Origin: Chloroflexota bacterium | GTDB lineage: Bacteria > Chloroflexota > UBA11872 > VXOZ01 | Assembly: GCA_963663275.1 (NCBI GenBank) | Contig: OY760183.1 | Span: forward strand, 320,001-384,000 | Reading direction: 5' to 3' | DNA: 64,000 nt | Part shown: positions 58,945-64,000 of the stretch, in pieces | Numbering within the stretch: the stretch's first letter is position 1 | How the letters are laid out: each line of letters begins with the position of its first letter | Notes under the pieces: model-generated | Databases searched by the model: none | The model's input: only the letters and a program-made list of their open reading frames with translations | What the model was told of the DNA's origin: nothing | Translations under genes and position numbers: made by a program

Positions 58945-60378
58945 ATGAACCTTCTCTTCATCACCGCCGACCAGCAGCGTTGGGACAGCCTGCCCTGCTA
59001 CGGTCTGGACTTCCTGCGGACGCCCCATCTCGACCGCCTGGCGCGGGAGGGCATGGTCTTCGAGCGTTGCTACGTGCCCGCGCCGTTGTGCGTGCCCACC
59101 CGCGCCGCCTTGCTGGGCGGGCAGTGGCCGTCCGCCACCGGCGTGCTCGGCAATGCGCACTGGCTGGACGAAGGCAAGATTCCAACCTGGCCCGAAGAAC
59201 TGACCGGCGCGGGCTACAACACCGCCGCCATCGGCAAGATGCACTTCTTTCCCTGGGACGCGCGCAACGGTTTCCAGGAACGTATCAGCGCGGAGGACAA
59301 GCGGCACACGTACCTGCCCGACGACTTCAGCAAGTTCCTGCGCGCCCACGGCCACCAACGCGCGCATCCCACCCAGAATCCCGGCTACTTCGACACCCTG
59401 AACGCCTCCGTCACCCCGCTTCCCAAGCGCTTCCACGTGGACGGCTTCATTGGCGACCAGGCCGCCGACTGGCTGGCGCGCAATGGCAACGAGCCGTTCG
59501 CCGTTTGGGTGAGCTTTGCCGGGCCCCACGACCCGTACGATCCCCCGGCAGAGATGGCCGATATGTACTACGATGCGCCCATTCCCGCGCCCGTCGGCTC
59601 GCGGGCGGAACTGGCGGACAAGCCAAAGGCCCAACGGATGGCCGGCAAAGAAAACGTCAAGAACTCCATGTACCGCATGAACCCCGCCGAGGCCGCGCCG
59701 GAGCAGCACCGCGCGTGGCGCGCCCACTACTACGCCAACATCAGCCTGATCGACGAGGGCGTCGGCAAGATGCTGGCCGCGCTGGAGGCCAACGGCGCGC
59801 TGGATGAGACGCTTATCATCTACACCGCCGACCACGGCGACGCCCTCGGCGACCACGGCCTGCCCTACAAGGGCTTCTACTACGAGTCTATGGCCCACGT
59901 GCCCCTGCTCATGCGCGGGCCGGGCGTTGCCGCCGGGGCGCGTTGCGCGGCGCTGGTGAGTTCCCTGGATTACGTGCCGCTCTTCTACACCGCCTGCGGC
60001 CTGGCGCCGCCGGACACCCTGCAAGGCAAGAGCCTGGAACCGCTCCTCACCGCGCCGTTGCTCCCCCACCGCGAAACGGTCTTCAGCGAGAACATGGGCA
60101 GCCAGATGGTGCGGGACGCGCGCTTCAAGTACGCCCACTACGCCACCGGCGAGAGCGAACTCTACGACCTGGAAACCGATCCCAACGAAATCCGCAACCT
60201 GGCCCACAGCCGCGAGCACGCCGGCGTCATCGCCCGCCTGCGCGGCCTGCTCGTGGAGCACAACCTCCACAACCACGCCCACCAAAGCGCCGCCGTCTCC
60301 CGCCCCCAGGAACCCTTCCGCGCAAAGCTGGAAGCGGCGTATAGCGTGGAGCAAGCCTTCACGGTAGCGAACTGGTAG
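58945..60378 (+). CDS. Sulfatase (Cys-type, choline-sulfatase-like)
   Basis: ADQQR, CVPTRAALLGG, GKMH, GPHDPY, TADHG. Confidence 0.94.
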   Translation: MNLLFITADQQRWDSLPCYGLDFLRTPHLDRLAREGMVFERCYVPAPLCVPTRAALLGGQWPSATGVLGNAHWLDEGKIPTWPEELTGAGYNTAAIGKMHFFPWDARNGFQERISAEDKRHTYLPDDFSKFLRAHGHQRAHPTQNPGYFDTLNASVTPLPKRFHVDGFIGDQAADWLARNGNEPFAVWVSFAGPHDPYDPPAEMADMYYDAPIPAPVGSRAELADKPKAQRMAGKENVKNSMYRMNPAEAAPEQHRAWRAHYYANISLIDEGVGKMLAALEANGALDETLIIYTADHGDALGDHGLPYKGFYYESMAHVPLLMRGPGVAAGARCAALVSSLDYVPLFYTACGLAPPDTLQGKSLEPLLTAPLLPHRETVFSENMGSQMVRDARFKYAHYATGESELYDLETDPNEIRNLAHSREHAGVIARLRGLLVEHNLHNHAHQSAAVSRPQEPFRAKLEAAYSVEQAFTVANW

Positions 60379-60486
60379 GGGCGGTTCGCTACTTGGTAGG
60401 GGCGGTTCGCTACTTGGTAGGGGCGGTTCGCTACTTGGTAGGGGCGGTTCGCTACTTGGTAGGGGCGGTTCGCGAACCGCCCCTAC
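60374..60486. repeat. 21-bp tandem repeat of a half-REP x5
   Basis: GGTAGGGGCGGTTCGCTACTT x4 then complete GTAGGGGCGGTTCGCGAACCGCCCCTAC; similar x3 at 60635-60703. Confidence 0.92.
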
Positions 60487-60753
60487 GCCGTTGTACTGTT
60501 ACTTGCCCGGCCATTACAACCTACGAATGACGGCGCGCCCCGCCTTTCTCCGCCACTGTCTGCATTACGCTGCCGGACGTTACCACACACGTCCGCTGCT
60601 ACTATAATGGTGCATAGTTCTCATCGAACACCTGATAGGGGCGGTTCGCTGCCTGGTAGGGGCGGTTCGCCGCTTGGTAGGGGCGGTTCGCGAACCGCCC
60701 CTACGCGGATGCATTATCGCTCAGACCGCAAACAAACGAGGGGAGAAACAACC

Positions 60754-61602
60754 GTGGCGGACATTCGCGTTGGCTATCATACGATCACGTGGGGCATGGA
60801 GGGTTTCGAACAGGCGCTGGACGAGGTTGCCGCGCTGGGCTTTACCGGGTTCGAGACCTTTGCCGCGGTGGTGGACACCTACGGCGACAAGGTCAGCGAA
60901 TTCCAGGACCTCATCGCCCAGCGGGGGTTGCGGCTTGTCACCGTCTACGGCGGCGGCCCCATGAACGAGGCCCACCGCATGGACGAAATGATCGAACGCA
61001 ACGTCGGCTTTGCCAAGTTCCTGCACGCCCACGGCGCGGACCGTCTGGTGCTGGGCGGCGGTTCGCGCGCGCCGGGCGGCCCGACGCCCGACGACCTCCG
61101 TAACCAGGCGCACTGCATGAACGAAATCGGCCGCCGCTGCCTGGACTACGGCGTGCTGGCCTGCTACCACCCCCACTACGCCACCACGGTGGAGACCGAA
61201 GAAGAAATCGCCTTCATGATGGACTACACCGACCCGCGCTACGTCTTCCTCTGCCCGGACACGGCGCACCTGCGCAAAGGCGGCGGCGACGAACTGGCGG
61301 TGGTGCGCGCCTACGCCGAGCGGGTGAAGTACGTCCATCTGAAAGATTGGGACCCCCAGGCGTTTGCCGACTCCCAGGCGGCCCCGGCCCAGGGCGCGGA
61401 CGCCGCCACCGCCATCCTGCCCGACTTCGTGGAACTCGGCAGCGGCGTGGTGCGGGTGAAGGAGTGCGTCCAGGCGCTCCAGGCCAGCGGCTACACCGGC
61501 TGGCTCATGATCGAACTCGACCGCTCCCGCTCCACCCCCCAGGCCAGCGCCGCCACCAACAAAGCCTACGTGGAGCAAGAACTCGGCCTAACAGTAGGTT
61601 AA
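60754..61602 (+). CDS. Sugar phosphate isomerase/epimerase (IolE-like TIM barrel)
   Basis: YHPH..T.VE, PDTAHL, HLKD, FVELGSG, WLMIELD. Confidence 0.9.
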   Translation: MADIRVGYHTITWGMEGFEQALDEVAALGFTGFETFAAVVDTYGDKVSEFQDLIAQRGLRLVTVYGGGPMNEAHRMDEMIERNVGFAKFLHAHGADRLVLGGGSRAPGGPTPDDLRNQAHCMNEIGRRCLDYGVLACYHPHYATTVETEEEIAFMMDYTDPRYVFLCPDTAHLRKGGGDELAVVRAYAERVKYVHLKDWDPQAFADSQAAPAQGADAATAILPDFVELGSGVVRVKECVQALQASGYTGWLMIELDRSRSTPQASAATNKAYVEQELGLTVG

Positions 61603-61633
61603 ACCGTTGCACCGTAGCGCGGGGGCTCGTCCC

Positions 61634-62827
61634 CAATGTTGTCGCATTAAAGTGAAGGGGCTACTTTAGTAAGGTAATGAGCGATATATCTTACAAAGGA
61701 GCCTTGGCTAATGGTAGCACAGACGGTAGGAGTAGGACGGCGGCTATGGCGTGAGTTGGAGCCGGCGCTGACGGCGGCAGCACGGGTGAGGGGAGCGGAT
61801 CGCTATCGCAAGCATTTTTCGGTGCGAGCGCATGTGGGGATGCTGCTTGGACACGTGCTGAGTGGGAGTGGGAGCCTGCGGCAAAGCCATGGGCTGCAGA
61901 TGGGTGATGTGGTGTGGCGACGGCGGTTGGGTTTAGCGTCGGGCATAAGTTACAGTCAGTTGGCACGTTCATCCCAGACGCGGCCGTTGGCGTGTTTTAC
62001 GGCGGCGTGGGAGGTGTTGGCGCGGCAGGTGCAAGCACGTGGGCCGGCGCACGTACGGCGGGTGGTGGCGGTGGACGGCAGTTTTCTGGCGCTGAGCGCG
62101 GCGTGTAGTCCGTGGAGCGTGCACCAAGGACATGAGGCGGGAGTACGGCTGCAGATGGCATATGCCGTGGACACACAGGTGCCGACGCGGTTACAGGTGA
62201 CGTTGGCGGACGCGAATGACGTGACGGCGTTCAAGCGTTGGGATCTGGCGCGGTGGCAGGGCTGGACGCTCTTGCTAGACTTGGGCTACTACGCGCATCG
62301 GGTCTTTGCGCAGATGCGGGAGGCAGGTGTGCACTTCGTGACGCGCCTGCACCCGCAGGCTGCCTACTGCGTGGTGCGCGAGCGTGCCGTGACCGGCGCG
62401 CGCACGCCGGCAGGAGACGTGGTGGTGCGGGACGCGGTGATCGTGCTGGGCAGCGCCAACAACCGCAACGGCGCGGTCTTAGCAGAGATGCGCCTGGTGG
62501 TCAGCCGCACGGCGCAGGGGAAAACGCACCACTTCATCACCGACCGTCACGACCTGAGCGCTCCAGAGGTGGTGTGGCTCTACCGCAAACGCTGGCAGAT
62601 CGAGTTGTTCTTTCGCTGGCTGAAGCATGTGTTGGGCGCAATCCGCCCCATTGGATACAGCCGTGCCGCCGTCTGGCTCACCTTGGTGGTCGCCAGCATC
62701 GTGGCCGTGCTCGCACAGCTCTTGGAGGAACTACGTCCAGCTAGCAGCACTCGCGTCTCCTGGCTGCGCACGCTTGCCGCTTCCTTGCCCCGCGCACTCC
62801 GCTTCAGCGGTTAATGCGACAGCATTG
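61634..62827 (+). mobile_element. IS4-family insertion sequence inserted in a REP
   Basis: TIR CAATGTTGTCGCATTAA/TTAATGCGACAGCATTG; exact 11-bp GGGCTCGTCCC duplication. Confidence 0.93.
61711..62814 (+). CDS. IS4-family DDE transposase
   Basis: AVDGS, LDLGY, YRKRWQIELFFRWLK (YREK). Confidence 0.94.
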   Translation: MVAQTVGVGRRLWRELEPALTAAARVRGADRYRKHFSVRAHVGMLLGHVLSGSGSLRQSHGLQMGDVVWRRRLGLASGISYSQLARSSQTRPLACFTAAWEVLARQVQARGPAHVRRVVAVDGSFLALSAACSPWSVHQGHEAGVRLQMAYAVDTQVPTRLQVTLADANDVTAFKRWDLARWQGWTLLLDLGYYAHRVFAQMREAGVHFVTRLHPQAAYCVVRERAVTGARTPAGDVVVRDAVIVLGSANNRNGAVLAEMRLVVSRTAQGKTHHFITDRHDLSAPEVVWLYRKRWQIELFFRWLKHVLGAIRPIGYSRAAVWLTLVVASIVAVLAQLLEELRPASSTRVSWLRTLAASLPRALRFSG

Positions 62828-62947
62828 GGGCTCGTCCCCCGCCGTCTGGCCGACGCACCGTAGCGCGGGGGCTCGTCCTCCGCCGTCTGGCCGACGCACC
62901 GTAGCGCGGGAGCTCGCCCCCCGCAAGCCTGCAAGAACGGGAACGAC

Positions 62948-63439
62948 ATGGCTACAAAAACCAACACGCATCAACGCTACCACAGGCGCATTCGCCTAGA
63001 CCGCAAGCTCTATGGCCAATTGGGCGCGATATGCTCGGTGACTGCTGGTACGCGAGCACGGCGCGCGATCTTTGCAGACCCAGGCGCGGCGCATGCGGCG
63101 AGGCACGTGTTGCACGCACATGCTCAAAAGACCGGCGTGCCAGTTTACGGCTACTGCCTGATGCCTGATCACGCCCACCTGGTTATCGGACCGTCTCCGA
63201 CTTGCGATATCATAGACTTCACTGGCCAATTTAAGAATGTCGCGCAGCGCGCCGTTTGGAAGCAAGGGGTGACCGGTCGCATCTGGCAAGTGAGTTTTTG
63301 GGACCACTTCTTGCGGAAAGAAGAGAGTCTTGAGGAAGTAGTGCGATACGTACTCAACAACCCAGTTCGAAAAGGAATGGTGCGGAAGTGGCAAGACTAT
63401 CCATTCTCCGGCTCACTGGAGCTGACGTTGGAAGACTAA
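62948..63439 (+). CDS. REP-associated tyrosine transposase (RAYT/TnpA-REP)
   Basis: YCLMPDHAHL (HUH), IWQVSFWDH, YVLNNPV, DYPFS; flanked by inverted REPs. Confidence 0.92.
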   Translation: MATKTNTHQRYHRRIRLDRKLYGQLGAICSVTAGTRARRAIFADPGAAHAARHVLHAHAQKTGVPVYGYCLMPDHAHLVIGPSPTCDIIDFTGQFKNVAQRAVWKQGVTGRIWQVSFWDHFLRKEESLEEVVRYVLNNPVRKGMVRKWQDYPFSGSLELTLED

Positions 63440-63868
63440 GGTAAAATGTGGTTTCCCTGCGGCTAAGAGGCGGGGGACGAGCCCCCGCGCTACGGGTTGG
63501 CCAAGTTGCGAGGGAACAAGCGATTCGTTCTCACACTCACTGGTACTGACGTTGGAAGAGTAGGGTGAAATGTGGTCTCCCTGCGGCTAAGAGGCGGGGG
63601 ACAAGCCCCCGCGCTACGGGTTGGAAGAGATGCAGGGGGACAAACAACTCCTCTCTAAGCTCACTGGATCTGATGTTGCAGGAGCAGGGCGCAATGCCGC
63701 TCCCCAGCCCCTAAGAGGCGGGGGACGAGCCCCCGCGCTACGGGTAGGAAGAGATGCAGGGGGACAAACAACTCCTCTCTAAGCTCACTGGATCAGATGT
63801 TGCAGAAGCAGGGCGCAATGCCATCCCCCAGCCCCAAAGAGGCGGGGGACAAGCCCCCGCGCTACGGG
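63411..63868. repeat. 124-bp period REP-containing tandem array
   Basis: GCGGGGGAC(A/G)AGCCCCCGCGCTACGGG at 63470, 63594, 63718, 63842. Confidence 0.9.
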
Positions 63869-64000
63869 TCGGTCAGGAAGCGAGCGGGTTGGCCAAGAAC
63901 CGTGGAGACAAGCACGCGCGATTAGTGCGACGCTACCAGTGAGCGAGAAGATACTCTATGCTAAGCAAAGCCGGGGACAAACTGAAGGACATTGAACCAT

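Noticed and set aside
63411-63868. CRISPR array
   Set aside because: Intervening sequences are about 95 bp and similar to each other; the repeat is the dispersed REP; no cas genes.
1-64000. tRNA/rRNA genes or riboswitches
   Set aside because: None recognised by eye; a covariance-model scan would be needed.

Overview
High-GC bacterial chromosome segment; the rny-spoVS pair, fabF-accB-bioY-acpP-rnc-smc block and duplicated Tat-lipoprotein solute-binding proteins fit a monoderm such as Chloroflexota (inference only). The main find is a compact, apparently intact minus-strand virion-morphogenesis cluster at ~4756-17769. It encodes putative small terminase, large terminase, portal, a protease-scaffold-capsid fusion, adaptor, stopper, two paralogous tail-ring proteins, a beta-propeller/hub protein and an OB-fold spike. 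I see no integrase, replication, tape-measure, sheath or endolysin gene. The cluster looks host-like in composition, host repeats fill only its intergenic gaps, and it faces a divergent lexA paralog plus an alternative sigma factor, so it looks like a domesticated, gene-transfer-agent (GTA)-like system. Inside it are a HicB-HicB-HicA-like fusion gene, internal SD-ATG starts in the capsid gene and an 18-bp repeat array. The rest of the window carries a small restriction-modification pair, a degenerate antiporter-like membrane module and metabolic/transport genes. It also carries many REP-like palindromes, a RAYT, an IS4 inserted in a REP, and at least four MITE-like families that carry or target those palindromes. 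All calls are from motif reading by eye; no database searches were run.
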